64,000 bases of DNA from Muribaculaceae bacterium (lineage in GTDB: Bacteria > Bacteroidota > Bacteroidia > Bacteroidales > Muribaculaceae): positions 6,071 to 70,070 of the forward strand of contig VSPD01000005.1 of assembly GCA_009775125.1 (NCBI GenBank), written 5' to 3'. This document shows, one piece after another, positions 1-9,833 of this stretch. Each line of letters begins with the position of its first letter. Position 1 is the stretch's first letter. The notes beneath the pieces are model-generated. The model saw only the letters and a program-made list of their open reading frames with translations. It had not been told where the DNA came from and made no database searches. Position numbers and translations under genes: made by a program.

Positions 1-556
1 GGCTCCAGCCCAGTCCCCATTTCGCGGTGAGGACATCGATGGCGCGAAGCACCTCGTCGAGATTATCCATAGGCTCGCCCATGCCCATAAACACGATATT
101 GGTGAGCGAGCGCGATTCGGGTATCGAAAATATCTGGTTCAGAATCTGCGAGGCGGCAAGATTGCCGTGGAAGCCCTGCCGGCCGGTCATGCAAAAGGTG
201 CATCCCATCTTGCATCCTGCCTGCGACGACACACACAGCGTGGCGCGGTCGCCGTCGGGAATATAGACGGCCTCCACGTCGCGGCCTCCCGCACCTTCAA
301 AAAGATACTTGCGAGTGCCGTCGGAGCTTTCCGTCACCAGCTTGGGCGCATATGTTCCTATACAATATTTTTCCGAGAGAAGGGCTCGGGCCTGCTTGGG
401 CAAGTCGGTCATCTCATCAATTTCCGACACCCGCTTATCGTAAATCCATTTTGCCATCTGGCCGGCGGCAAAACGCCGCAATCCGGCTTCTGCCGCCACT
501 TCGGCGAGGGCGTCGGGCGTCATGCCAAGCAAGGCAATCTTGGGTTTCTGTTCCAT
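1..556 (-). CDS. rlmN: Radical-SAM 23S rRNA/tRNA adenine-C2 methyltransferase RlmN (N-terminal part; gene runs off the left edge)
   Basis: Not in the ORF track because it is truncated by the window edge. The reverse complement of 1-556 reads MEQKPKIALLGMTPDALAEVAAEAGLRRFAAGQMAKWIYDKRV...ATLCVSSQAGCKMGCTFCMTGRQGFHGNLAASQILNQ...NIVFMGMGEPMDNLDEV. It carries the CxxxCxxC radical-SAM motif and RlmN/Cfr-like flanks. ATG at 556-554. Confidence 0.85.
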   Translation of the reverse strand, partial: MEQKPKIALLGMTPDALAEVAAEAGLRRFAAGQMAKWIYDKRVSEIDEMTDLPKQARALLSEKYCIGTYAPKLVTESSDGTRKYLFEGAGGRDVEAVYIPDGDRATLCVSSQAGCKMGCTFCMTGRQGFHGNLAASQILNQIFSIPESRSLTNIVFMGMGEPMDNLDEVLRAIDVLTAKWGLGWS

Positions 557-686
557 GGAGTATTTGGGTTTTATGACACAAAATTAGTAAATTATCTGCA
601 AAAATTGATATTGTAGCATAATAATCGTTAAATGTTAACTATTTTTTGGTGTTTTTTCGTTGGTTTTAATTAATTTTGTCGGCGAA

Positions 687-1400
687 ATGGAAAAAACGTG
701 TCTTACAGTCGATATCGGCAACTCCTCCACTAAATGGGCTGTCTGGTCCGGCGACGAGATTGTAGCCCTCGGCCGTGTGCCGGCCCTCTCGGAGTCGACG
801 GTGGAGTCCATCACTGCCAAATACGGCGTCATCGACGCTGTGGCTGTGTCGTGTGTGGGCAGCGCCGAGCGTATTCCGGCTATCGAAGGCGCTCTGATTC
901 TATCGGCATCCACCCCGCTGCCAATCGATATTTCAGAATACGCCCCGGGGCTTGGAGCCGACCGCATCGCCGCCATGGCGGGCGCCGAGGCTTTGGAGCC
1001 CGGCTCTGCCAAGATGGTAATCGACTACGGCACCGCCGTGACTTACGACCGCCTCGACGCCGGAGCTCGATTTGCCGGCGGCAACATTGCCCCGGGAATC
1101 ACCACCCGATTTATTTCGTTGCGTCAGGACACGGCTTTGTTGCCCCGCGTCGAGACCGAGGGCGCACTGCGCCTTTCGTCGCTGTCGACATCCGAGGCAA
1201 TCCTTTCAGGCGTGATGCTTGGCATCCTCGCCGAATACGATATCTACGCCTCGCTTTGCCCGTCGGTATTTATCACAGGCGGCGACGCGCCCGATTTCCT
1301 CAAATATCTCCCTGCCTCCAAACCTGTTCCCCGCTATGAACCGAACCTGGTGCATATCGGCCTAAAAAGAATAATCGATTATAACAATAATGAAATTTAA
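687..1400 (+). CDS. coaX: Type III pantothenate kinase (CoaX)
   Basis: ORF 660-1400. The internal ATG at 687 gives MEKTCLTVDIGNSSTKWAVW (DIGNS phosphate-1 motif), later DYGTAVTYD and FITGGDA, as in ASKHA-fold CoaX. Confidence 0.85.
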   Translation: MEKTCLTVDIGNSSTKWAVWSGDEIVALGRVPALSESTVESITAKYGVIDAVAVSCVGSAERIPAIEGALILSASTPLPIDISEYAPGLGADRIAAMAGAEALEPGSAKMVIDYGTAVTYDRLDAGARFAGGNIAPGITTRFISLRQDTALLPRVETEGALRLSSLSTSEAILSGVMLGILAEYDIYASLCPSVFITGGDAPDFLKYLPASKPVPRYEPNLVHIGLKRIIDYNNNEI

Positions 1401-2637
1401 ATTCTCAGGCCTCTTTGCCTTCGTGGCCGCAACCATCATCACAGGCCTTGCCGCCGGAGCACAGAACTCCACTTTAACGCCTTACAGCCGCTATGGCTAC
1501 GGCATCCTCTCTGATAATGCCACATCTGCCCAGCGCGCAATGGGCGGCGTGGGCTACGCTATGAACTCCGGTCGCCAAATCAACGTAATGAACCCGGCTT
1601 CGTATGCCGCCGTCGACTCCCTCACCTTCCTTTTCGACATGGGCGTCGACTTCACCTCGCTGTGGAGCAAGGAAGGCACCACATCCGAAAACAATTTCGG
1701 CGGAGGCCTCGACTACATCACCATGCTTTTCCCCGTCACGAAATATATGGGCGTGAGCCTTGGTATCCTCCCCTATTCGTCGGTGGGCTATTCTTTCGGC
1801 TCTGAAATCGACAACGGCGCAACGGCCCGTCAGGGTTCAGGCAGCATCAACCAGGCTTATGTGGGCTGGGGTGCCACGCCGTTCAAGAATTTCTACGCCG
1901 GCTTCAATTTCAGCTACCTGTTCGGCAACACTGTCAACGACGTATATGCCTACACTATCACCGGGTCCACCTCGCTTTTCCAACGCGAGATGAAGGTGCG
2001 CGACTGGCATCTCGACATCGGCTTGCAATACTCGTTCGACATCAAGCCCGAAAACCGCGTAACACTCGGCGTGACATACAGCCCCGGCAAAAGCCTCCAC
2101 GGCGAGACCTACGGCGTGTACTACGACACCAACCTCGACTCCAAGCCCGACACCGTAGGATTCACCAAACTCAACGGACTGTATTCCATTCCGGCATCAT
2201 ACGGAGCCGGTATCAACTACCAATGGCGCAACCGCCTCATGATAGAGGCCGACTTCACCTACCAGCCTTGGAAAGACGCAAAATACGCCCCCATTGAAAA
2301 CTTCGAGGTGACGGAATTTTCCAACCGTTGGAAAATCGGCGCCGGCGTGCAATACACTCCCTCGCCCCGCGGCAGCTACTTCCAGCGTGTGCAGTACCGT
2401 CTCGGCGGATACTACAACCACGACTACCTTATGATTCTCGGCAACAACATCCGCGAATACGGAGCGTCGGTAGGTTTCGGCTTCCCCGTGCCCGGCTTCA
2501 AATCGGTTGTGAACCTCGGCATCGAGTACAAGCACCGTCAGGCCAACCCCAACCCGCTCATCAAAGAGCAATACCTCAACATCACCATCGGAATCAACTT
2601 CAATGAAATGTGGTTCCGCAAGGCCAAGATTTACTAA
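1390..2637 (+). CDS. Outer-membrane beta-barrel protein of unknown function (porin/FadL-like)
   Basis: Signal peptide MKFKFSGLFAFVAATIITGLAAGAQ. The sequence is G/Y/N/S-rich with alternating patterns and ends in an aromatic residue (...FRKAKIY). It overlaps the coaX stop by 11 nt and precedes an LptC-like gene. Confidence 0.55.
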   Translation: MKFKFSGLFAFVAATIITGLAAGAQNSTLTPYSRYGYGILSDNATSAQRAMGGVGYAMNSGRQINVMNPASYAAVDSLTFLFDMGVDFTSLWSKEGTTSENNFGGGLDYITMLFPVTKYMGVSLGILPYSSVGYSFGSEIDNGATARQGSGSINQAYVGWGATPFKNFYAGFNFSYLFGNTVNDVYAYTITGSTSLFQREMKVRDWHLDIGLQYSFDIKPENRVTLGVTYSPGKSLHGETYGVYYDTNLDSKPDTVGFTKLNGLYSIPASYGAGINYQWRNRLMIEADFTYQPWKDAKYAPIENFEVTEFSNRWKIGAGVQYTPSPRGSYFQRVQYRLGGYYNHDYLMILGNNIREYGASVGFGFPVPGFKSVVNLGIEYKHRQANPNPLIKEQYLNITIGINFNEMWFRKAKIY

Positions 2638-2661
2638 TACGTTCACCGATAAGGCATCGTA

Positions 2662-3360
2662 ATGCTCCGGTCGTTGCTCATATTCGCTGTGGCTGTCGTA
2701 GCGTCCGCGTCGCTTGGCGGATGCAAGGAAGAAGTGCGCCGATATGTTAAAAATATCGGCGACGGCACCGCCACGCCAACGATGAACACGCTCGACGTGA
2801 ACACCTTCATCTCCGACTCCGGCTACACTCGCTATTTCATCACCGCCCCCCTGTGGAGCATGTATGAGGACGCTCCCGAGCCGTTCTGGCTCTTTCCCGA
2901 CGGTATCGAGCTCGAACAGTACGACCGCTCGCTGCAAGTGGCCGCCACCATGCGTTGCGACTCCGCGCGCTACCTCAGCCAGAAACGCATATGGAGGCTC
3001 GACGGCAACGTCGTGATGGTCAACACCCAACGCGACAGTTTCCTCACCCAGCAAGTATTCTGGGACCAAATGAAACGCGAGGTATATTCCGACTCGTTTG
3101 TTCACATCGTGCGCTCCGACCGAATTATCGAAGGCTACGGATTCTCGTCAAACGAACAAATCACAGCCTACACCGTAAACCGCCCCACAGGCATCTTCCC
3201 GGTGGAACGCGCCGCCAAACCGGCCGCCGCACCCGACACTGTTCAAAATACACCCGACTCGCTGTCGGCTCCCGCCCGACGCCGCCGCGCCGTAAGCCGC
3301 CGCCCGGCATCGGCAACTCCTCAATCGGCCCCGGCCGCACTCACGCCCGCAAATCAATAG
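2662..3360 (+). CDS. LptC-like LPS export periplasmic protein (lipoprotein form) with Pro/Ala-rich tail
   Basis: Lipobox SLGGC. The body (TFISDSGYTRYFITAPLW...RLDGNVVMVNTQRDSFLTQQVFWDQ...VHIVRSDRIIEGYGF) resembles the Bacteroidetes LptC family. Assigned by synteny and motifs only. Confidence 0.55.
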   Translation: MLRSLLIFAVAVVASASLGGCKEEVRRYVKNIGDGTATPTMNTLDVNTFISDSGYTRYFITAPLWSMYEDAPEPFWLFPDGIELEQYDRSLQVAATMRCDSARYLSQKRIWRLDGNVVMVNTQRDSFLTQQVFWDQMKREVYSDSFVHIVRSDRIIEGYGFSSNEQITAYTVNRPTGIFPVERAAKPAAAPDTVQNTPDSLSAPARRRRAVSRRPASATPQSAPAALTPANQ

Positions 3361-3433
3361 AAGCAAGCAGGCTAAAATGAAAATATGCGCCGGCTTACTT
3401 TATAACTTATAACTTATACTTAGCACTTAGTTA

Positions 3434-4693
3434 ATGACCTCCTGGTTAATCATATCCCTTGTCTCGCTTATACTCAGCGCCCTGTTCTCAGGTACTGAAA
3501 TAGCATATGTCACAGCCGACCGTGTCCGCGTGGAAATCGACATGAAACGCGGCGGCATAATCGGATCCATACTCAACCGCTTTTACAGCCACTCTGAGTT
3601 TTTCATATCATCGATTCTTGTCGGCAACAATGTCGTGCTCGTAATCTACGGTATGGGCACAGCCGCATTGCTCGAGCCTTGGATAAAAACCTGGACCGAC
3701 AGCGAGGCCGTAGTGCTTCTTGTGCAGACCCTCATATCCACAGGCATAATCCTCCTTGCCGGAGAGTTCATTCCAAAGACCATTTTTAGAATCAACCCCA
3801 ACAGTTCCATAAAAGTGATGGCCGTGCCCATCTATATCTTTTATATCCTGTTCTATCCCCTCTCGCTTTTTGCCACATGGCTCTCGAAAATGCTTATGCG
3901 CCTTGCAGGCATTAAGGACAAGAACGTTCGCCTCGGCCTCATTTCCATCGGCGACCTCAACGACTATCTCGAAGAAACTATCGACAGCCTCGAAGACAAA
4001 AAGGAAACAGTCGAGACGGAAGTTAAACTTTTCCAAAACGCCCTCGACTTCTCGTCGACCCATCTGCGCGATTGCATGACGCCGCGCAACGAAATAGTGG
4101 CCGTCGACATCAACGACACCTCCTACAAAGAACTCTCCGACCTGTTCACCCGCACAGGCCGCTCCAAAATCATCGTTTACGACGGAGAAATCGACAACAT
4201 CGCCGGATATATCCACGTGTCGGAGCTTTTCGACCCCGCCACAAATTGGCGTCAGAAAATAAAACCCGTGGTATTCGCTCCCGAAACCCTCCTTGCCAAC
4301 AAAATGATGAAGCGTCTGCTCAACGAAAAACGCTCCATCGCCGTCGTTGTCGACGAATTCGGCGGCATGGCAGGCCTCGTGACCCTCGAAGACCTTGTGG
4401 AGGAAATATTCGGCGACATCCAGGACGAGCACGACAAGACACGCCTTGTGATGCGCTCTATCGACGAAAACACATACGAATTCTCCGGCCGATGCGAAAT
4501 CACCTCCATCAACGAAAAATTCGACCTTGACCTTCCCGAAAGCGAAGACTACCAGACCATTGCAGGCTACATCCTCAACGCCACCGGCGCCATCCCCGCC
4601 GAGGGCGACGACGTGCTCCTCGGCCAATACTCCTTCCACATCCTCAAAAAATCGGCCAACCGCCTCCTCCTCCTCCGCGTCACCAAAATCTAA
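3434..4693 (+). CDS. CNNM(DUF21)-CBS-CorC_HlyC membrane protein (hemolysin-family, GldE-like)
   Basis: 419 aa. It has an N-terminal 4-TM DUF21 region, a tandem CBS region (MTPRNEIVAVDIN...KIIVYDGEIDNIAGYIHV) and a C-terminal CorC/HlyC domain. Confidence 0.85.
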   Translation: MTSWLIISLVSLILSALFSGTEIAYVTADRVRVEIDMKRGGIIGSILNRFYSHSEFFISSILVGNNVVLVIYGMGTAALLEPWIKTWTDSEAVVLLVQTLISTGIILLAGEFIPKTIFRINPNSSIKVMAVPIYIFYILFYPLSLFATWLSKMLMRLAGIKDKNVRLGLISIGDLNDYLEETIDSLEDKKETVETEVKLFQNALDFSSTHLRDCMTPRNEIVAVDINDTSYKELSDLFTRTGRSKIIVYDGEIDNIAGYIHVSELFDPATNWRQKIKPVVFAPETLLANKMMKRLLNEKRSIAVVVDEFGGMAGLVTLEDLVEEIFGDIQDEHDKTRLVMRSIDENTYEFSGRCEITSINEKFDLDLPESEDYQTIAGYILNATGAIPAEGDDVLLGQYSFHILKKSANRLLLLRVTKI

Positions 4694-4699
4694 GCCCCC

Positions 4700-4912
4700 A
4701 TGGACAAATATAAAATCCCATATTTAAATATGATAATTCGAAAATTTGCCGAGCGATACAATCTTTCGCTCGATAAAACATTCGACTATCTGTTCAGACA
4801 TGGCGGAATAAAATACCTTGTAGACTATTATAATACCGAGCACCTTCTTCCTGTCGATGACACAATCGATGAATTGGTTCTCACTTGCCGGGATGCAGGA
4901 GGAGCCTTGTAA
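4700..4912 (+). CDS. Small DUF3791-like protein
   Basis: 70 aa in an AT-rich islet. Its stop overlaps the next start (TAATG at 4910-4914). Called from memory of the DUF3791/DUF3990 gene-triplet pattern. Confidence 0.5.
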   Translation: MDKYKIPYLNMIIRKFAERYNLSLDKTFDYLFRHGGIKYLVDYYNTEHLLPVDDTIDELVLTCRDAGGAL

Positions 4913-5394
4913 TGCGACTTTTCCACGGCACCAACATAGATTTTGGTGAAATATGTTTCGACAAATGTCTCCCTTATAAAGATTTCGGACAAGGTTTCTA
5001 TTTGACCGACATTCGGGAACAGGCTCATAATATGGCTTTAAGAAAAGCCCGCCATGGAGGAAATCCAATCGTTCAAGAATACGAAATCGAAGATTCAATC
5101 TTTACAGAATTATCGGATTGCAATATCCTTAAATTCGATTCACCTTCCGAGGATTGGGCAAGGTTCATTATAGCAAATAGAGAAAGACGCATCCCCCCTT
5201 TTGAACACTGTTATGATATTGTAATTGGTCCTGTTGCAGACGATGGTGTTGCCTATGTACTCAGTCGTTACATTGAGGGATCTTTTTCAATAGCAGACGT
5301 TGTACGCGAATTGCAGTTTTCTCATCTCAACAGCCAATATATGTTTGCCACCGAAAAAGCAATCAAACACTTGAAACGCATACGCCATGAGTAA
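4912..5394 (+). CDS. DUF3990-like protein
   Basis: ATG at 4912 gives MRLFHGTNIDFGEI...GQGFYLTD...IVQEYEIE. It is translationally coupled to both flanking small ORFs. Confidence 0.6.
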   Translation: MRLFHGTNIDFGEICFDKCLPYKDFGQGFYLTDIREQAHNMALRKARHGGNPIVQEYEIEDSIFTELSDCNILKFDSPSEDWARFIIANRERRIPPFEHCYDIVIGPVADDGVAYVLSRYIEGSFSIADVVRELQFSHLNSQYMFATEKAIKHLKRIRHE

Positions 5395-5602
5395 AGATGA
5401 AATTCGTAAATACCTCATATCAGATATTATTAATAAAGTTACGGAATATATAATAGAAGACACAGGTTGCGACATTACATCAGCCCTGTCTATATTATAT
5501 CAATCACCGGTCATAAAATGGCTACAAGACCCCGAGGAAGATTTAACCTCAAAAAGTCCGGCTTACATCTATGAATTAATCAAACGTTCTTCACATCAAT
5601 AA
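5387..5602 (+). CDS. Small DUF3791-like protein (second copy)
   Basis: 71 aa. Its start overlaps the end of the DUF3990-like ORF by 8 nt, and it sits in the same AT-rich islet. Confidence 0.5.
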   Translation: MSKDEIRKYLISDIINKVTEYIIEDTGCDITSALSILYQSPVIKWLQDPEEDLTSKSPAYIYELIKRSSHQ

Positions 5603-5608
5603 ATCAAA

Positions 5609-6031
5609 ATGGACGAAGACTGCCACGACAAATTGCACAACTACATACCGAAACCGCTGGAAAACGCCCAAGAAAACACATGTAAAGATAACGCTGTGGC
5701 ATGTGAATCCAAGTGTAGCAACGACAGTACGGACACCAATAAGAGTTGGCTCGACATAGATGACAACCATCTCATATTTGGCTTTGCGGTTGCCGGTGCC
5801 GCGTTTGTATCTTGGCTTATACAACGTTGTGCTATTTATTTCTTAAATCCGTCCCCCAATAAATGCGGTTATACGGAATTGGGCACAGCATCTATTCTTA
5901 TTATACTTTCAGGAGTATTGGCGTCTATTTGTGAAAGCAAGTATCGATTGGTGGAGTATATTGCGTTTGCATTTACTATCGCCAACATAATGATGGTTGC
6001 AATATCTGTATTTCAAAAAATATTCGACTAA
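5609..6031 (+). CDS. Hypothetical small membrane protein
   Basis: 140 aa with a Cys/Asp-rich N-terminus followed by about three hydrophobic segments. It lies 7 nt after the previous stop and is AT-rich like its neighbours. Confidence 0.4.
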   Translation: MDEDCHDKLHNYIPKPLENAQENTCKDNAVACESKCSNDSTDTNKSWLDIDDNHLIFGFAVAGAAFVSWLIQRCAIYFLNPSPNKCGYTELGTASILIILSGVLASICESKYRLVEYIAFAFTIANIMMVAISVFQKIFD

Positions 6032-6058
6032 GGGCACAAGCCGAAAATGCGGGCATGG

Positions 6059-6213
6059 AAGCGCGTATGCGCTTCAAGACAGTAGCCGGAGGTGGAGCGG
6101 TAGCGGAACCCCCGGTATGAGCATTGGAATCATTCGCGGTATTGGAGCGAGCGGCAGCGTAGCGTTCGATAATACCAAACTTAATACGAGGCACAGCTTC
6201 GCAGTGCTTTTTT
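6059..6213 (+). repeat. Structured intergenic repeat, family C, copy 1 (three hairpins)
   Basis: H1 AAGCGC-GTAT-GCGCTT (6059-6074). H2 CCGGAGGT-GGAGCGGTAGCGGA-ACCCCCGG (6086-6115). H3 GGTATT...AATACC (6138-6176). It is homologous, module by module, to 26550-26786. Confidence 0.75.
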
Positions 6214-6324
6214 ATACACATAACAGACCGGGCTTGTCGGCATTCTGCCTCCAAACCCGGTTACCCAAGGAATCACGGCTTCACCGTGGCTAACTTGCGA
6301 AAAGTTTTATAAACAGTACAAAAC

Positions 6325-6366
6325 AACGAGCGGATGACCGTCGGGGTCATCCGCTCGTTGTTTTTT
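6325..6366. terminator. Bidirectional intrinsic terminator hairpin
   Basis: AACGAGCGGATGACC-gtcgg-GGTCATCCGCTCGTT followed by GTTTTTT on the + strand. On the - strand it is followed by GTTGTTTTGT. It lies 17 nt downstream of the ftsK stop. Confidence 0.75.
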
Positions 6367-6382
6367 ATGAGATGCCGTTTAA

Positions 6383-9040
6383 TTAGCCTTGGCCGAGCAT
6401 TTGCTCGAGGGTCATGATGTCGACGAGGATGGTGCGAGGCTTGGAGCCGTTGACGGGGCCGACGATGCCGGCGGCTTCCAGCTGGTCCATGAGGCGACCC
6501 GCACGGTTGTAGCCGAGGTTGAACTGGCGCTGTATCGACGACGTGGAGCCTACCTGACGTCCGACAACGAAACGTGCCACCTCGTCGAACTTCGGGTCGC
6601 GCTCGCCCGATGGGCCGGCTATCGGCGCGTCGCCCTCGGCCATAGGCACTTCGGGCAGCAGGTAAGGCTCGGCGAATCCGGCCTGGTCGTTGATGCTTTC
6701 GGTAATGGCCTTTACCTCGGGGGTGGATATGAACGGGCACTGCATGCGCTCCATCTTGTCATTTTCCTTAAACAGCATGTCGCCGCGGCCGATAAGACGG
6801 TGCGCGCCGGGCTGGTCGAGGATAATCATCGAGTCCATGCGGCCTGCCACCTTGAATGCCATACGGCCGGGGCAGTTGGTTTTGATACCGCCTGTGAGCA
6901 CCTGCGCCGACGGGCGTTGTGTGGCTATGATGAGGTGGATGCCCACGGCACGCGCTTTCTGCACAAGACGCTGGATTGGCTGCTCCACTTCCTTCACCTG
7001 CATGATAAGGTCGGCAAACTCATCAATGACGACAACGATGTAAGGCATGAAGAAATGCCCGTCGTTGGGGTTGAGCTCGCGGCGCGAGAACATGGCGTTG
7101 TAGTCGGTGATTTTCACCACGCCGGCCGATTGCAGGAGTTTGTAGCGGTTTTCCATCTCGACGACAAGCGAGTTGAGCGTGGCCACGGCCTTCGACATGT
7201 CGGTGATGATAGGCTGCGGGTCGGTCTCGTTCTCATATTCTGTCGACAGCATGGCTATGTAATGGCGTTCGAGACGCTTGTAGTGGCTGAACTCTACCAT
7301 CTTGGGGTCGATCATCACGAATTTGAGTTCCGACGGATGCTTTTTATAAAGCAACGAGGCTATTATGGCGTTAAGGCCTACCGACTTACCTGTACCTGTG
7401 GTACCGGCCACGAGCATGTGCGGAATCTTGGCAAGGTCGACGATAAACACGTCGTTGGAAATAGTCAGGCCGATAGCCATGGGCAGTTCGGCGTCACATT
7501 CCTGGAACTGGCGCGAGGTTATCACCGAATGCATCGACACCATACGGGGCTTGCCGTTTGGCACCTCGATGCCTATCGTGCCCTTTCCGGGGATAGGCGC
7601 GATGATGCGGATACCGGTGGCGGCAAGTTTCATGGCGATATCTTCTTCGAGCCGCTTGATCTGGGCGATGCGGATGCCTTCGGCGGGCACAATCTCGTAG
7701 AGCGTGACAGTGGGGCCGACTGTGGCCTCGATACGCACAATCTCAATTTTGTATTCGCGCAGGGTGCGGATAATGCGGTCTTTGTTTTCTTCGAGCTCCT
7801 CGCGGTTTATCTCGCGCTGGTCGGTAGATTCGACAAGGAGGTCGGTCGACGGCATGCGGTAATAGCTCAACTCGGCGCGATGGTCGAAAAGGCCTTTTTC
7901 CACCTCGGGAAGCCGCGTCTCCGTAGATGCCGCGGCTTCAATCTCGGGCGCGGCCACAATAAAGTCGCTTGTCTCGGGCCGGTCGGTTTTCTCAGCCTTG
8001 CGGGCGGGCGACATGGCTTGGTCGTCGGGCTCGTCGATCATGAAAGATTCGTCGAGAGTGGCAGCCGTAAGGTCGATATGTGCGGATTGTCCGGCTGCCG
8101 CGGGCTGTTGCTCCGGCGCGGGCGTGGCCGCTTCGTCGGAATCAGGCGTGGCGGCAGCTTCCGGTTCGCCGCTCACGGTGTCGAGCGTGCGGCTGCGACG
8201 CGTGGCAAGCTCCTGTCGGGCACGGATACGCGCCACAGCGGAGCGTCCTTTGCGCCAGGCCACAATCAACTCGTTGAGGTAGACGCACACCACGGCAAGC
8301 ACAAGCAGAGCCGACACAATCAATGCGCCGAGCACCGTGGCATGTTCAATAAGGAACTTGTTGAGATAGCGTCCATGCACACCGCCCCAGCATATTTCGG
8401 TGGCGGCCGTGTAAGTCACAAGGCCGGCTACGGTGGAGACCGTGATGGCTACAAGCAGTGTCTTGAACGTAAGCGACCAAAACCGGCATTTTTTTATGCC
8501 GAACAGCGAAAAGGCTATCAGCCAAAGATATACAAAGACTACGAGAACTCCCAATCCGAGAGTGTCGGCAAACAGGACCTGCGACAGCCATGCGCCCCAC
8601 CCTCCTGCCACATTTTCAACCGGAGCAGCTTCCGAGCCAAGGATGCCTACGGGCGAATTTATCACCTCGCTTTGGTCGATTGCTCCGTTTTTGTAAAACG
8701 AGGCAAAGGCGATAAGCACAAATACGGATATAAGCAGGAGCGCGCCGCCGATAAACACTCGTGTGCCTCGGTTTTTGAAAAAGCGCACCACGGCATTGTC
8801 TGTGAAATTTAACGGCTCGCGGGGTTGACGGGGCTTTGCCGAACCCTCTCCGGCACGTTGCTCAGAGTCTTTGCGCCGAGTGTCGGCCTGAGCCTCCGTG
8901 CCCGAGTCGCGGTTAAGAATTGTTATGGTCTGTTTCTCTCGGACCGTGTCGTTGTCACGCATCCGTCGCTGACGGCGACGCATTTCCCTGTCGGGATCGT
9001 AGCCGTCGAGCATAATATCCATTTCGTCGTCTTGCTGCAT
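6383..9040 (-). CDS. ftsK: DNA translocase FtsK/SpoIIIE
   Basis: 885 aa. It has N-terminal TM segments and a Pro/Ala-rich linker. The motor domain has Walker A GTTGTGKSVG and VVIDEFADL, and the C-terminal gamma winged helix reads SSIQRQFNLGYNRAGRLMDQLE. Confidence 0.92.
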   Translation of the reverse strand: MQQDDEMDIMLDGYDPDREMRRRQRRMRDNDTVREKQTITILNRDSGTEAQADTRRKDSEQRAGEGSAKPRQPREPLNFTDNAVVRFFKNRGTRVFIGGALLLISVFVLIAFASFYKNGAIDQSEVINSPVGILGSEAAPVENVAGGWGAWLSQVLFADTLGLGVLVVFVYLWLIAFSLFGIKKCRFWSLTFKTLLVAITVSTVAGLVTYTAATEICWGGVHGRYLNKFLIEHATVLGALIVSALLVLAVVCVYLNELIVAWRKGRSAVARIRARQELATRRSRTLDTVSGEPEAAATPDSDEAATPAPEQQPAAAGQSAHIDLTAATLDESFMIDEPDDQAMSPARKAEKTDRPETSDFIVAAPEIEAAASTETRLPEVEKGLFDHRAELSYYRMPSTDLLVESTDQREINREELEENKDRIIRTLREYKIEIVRIEATVGPTVTLYEIVPAEGIRIAQIKRLEEDIAMKLAATGIRIIAPIPGKGTIGIEVPNGKPRMVSMHSVITSRQFQECDAELPMAIGLTISNDVFIVDLAKIPHMLVAGTTGTGKSVGLNAIIASLLYKKHPSELKFVMIDPKMVEFSHYKRLERHYIAMLSTEYENETDPQPIITDMSKAVATLNSLVVEMENRYKLLQSAGVVKITDYNAMFSRRELNPNDGHFFMPYIVVVIDEFADLIMQVKEVEQPIQRLVQKARAVGIHLIIATQRPSAQVLTGGIKTNCPGRMAFKVAGRMDSMIILDQPGAHRLIGRGDMLFKENDKMERMQCPFISTPEVKAITESINDQAGFAEPYLLPEVPMAEGDAPIAGPSGERDPKFDEVARFVVGRQVGSTSSIQRQFNLGYNRAGRLMDQLEAAGIVGPVNGSKPRTILVDIMTLEQMLGQG

Positions 9041-9100
9041 ATTGTGAGGAGATTTTAGAGTTTAAGTTCGTCGTTGGGTGTTGATTGTCTGCCGATTAAA

Positions 9101-9745
9101 TCATATGTCGGTGAGGCGCGATATCATATCTTCGGGATCGGGCGCGCCAAACACCGCGCTTCCCGCCACCACAATATCCACGCCGGCGGCGGCAAGAGCC
9201 GGAGCGGTGTCGATATTCACGCCGCCATCCACTTCGATAAGAGCCTGCGAGCCCGTTTCTTCGATAAGGGCACGAAGACGCGCCACCTTGGCAAGAGTGT
9301 TGGGGATGAATTTCTGCCCTCCGAAACCGGGATTGACACTCATAAGGAGCACCATATGCACATCTGCAATCACGTCGCGGAGCATTTCCACGGGTGTCGA
9401 CGGGTTGAGCGTAACGGCAGGCAACATTCCGGCATCGCGTATTGCGTGAATCGTGCGGTCGAGATGGAGGCAGGCCTCCTGATGCACGTTCATTATAGCC
9501 GCGCCGGCGTCGCGGCACTGCGAGATATAGTTTTCGGGGTGCACAATCATAAGATGCACGTCGAGAGGCTTCTCAGCCTTCGAAGCCACGGCCTTTATTA
9601 CCGGGAACCCGAACGATATATTCGGAACAAACACGCCGTCCATCACATCGAGATGGAAATATCCGGCGCGTGAGCGGTTTACCATCTCCACATCGCGGTC
9701 GAGGTGGAGGAAATCGGCGGAGAGAAGTGAGGGAGCGACAATCAT
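9101..9745 (-). CDS. rpe: Ribulose-phosphate 3-epimerase
   Basis: MIVAPSLLSADFLHLDRDVEMV...HLDVMDG.FVPN...DVHLM...VNPGFGGQKF...EVDGG are classic Rpe motifs. Confidence 0.92.
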   Translation of the reverse strand: MIVAPSLLSADFLHLDRDVEMVNRSRAGYFHLDVMDGVFVPNISFGFPVIKAVASKAEKPLDVHLMIVHPENYISQCRDAGAAIMNVHQEACLHLDRTIHAIRDAGMLPAVTLNPSTPVEMLRDVIADVHMVLLMSVNPGFGGQKFIPNTLAKVARLRALIEETGSQALIEVDGGVNIDTAPALAAAGVDIVVAGSAVFGAPDPEDMISRLTDI

Positions 9746-9833
9746 TATTTTAGTTTTGAGTTGTGTAGTTTGGAAGTTGGGAAGATTTCGAATAATTGAA
9801 TATTCGATTACTCGATTACTCGAATATTAGTAA

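Noticed and set aside
6389-8812. 807-aa ORF on the + strand covering most of the ftsK region
   Set aside because: It is antisense to a gene with unmistakable FtsK motifs. Its translation is Gly/Arg/His/Val-rich low-complexity with no motifs. This is a typical shadow ORF in GC-rich coding DNA.
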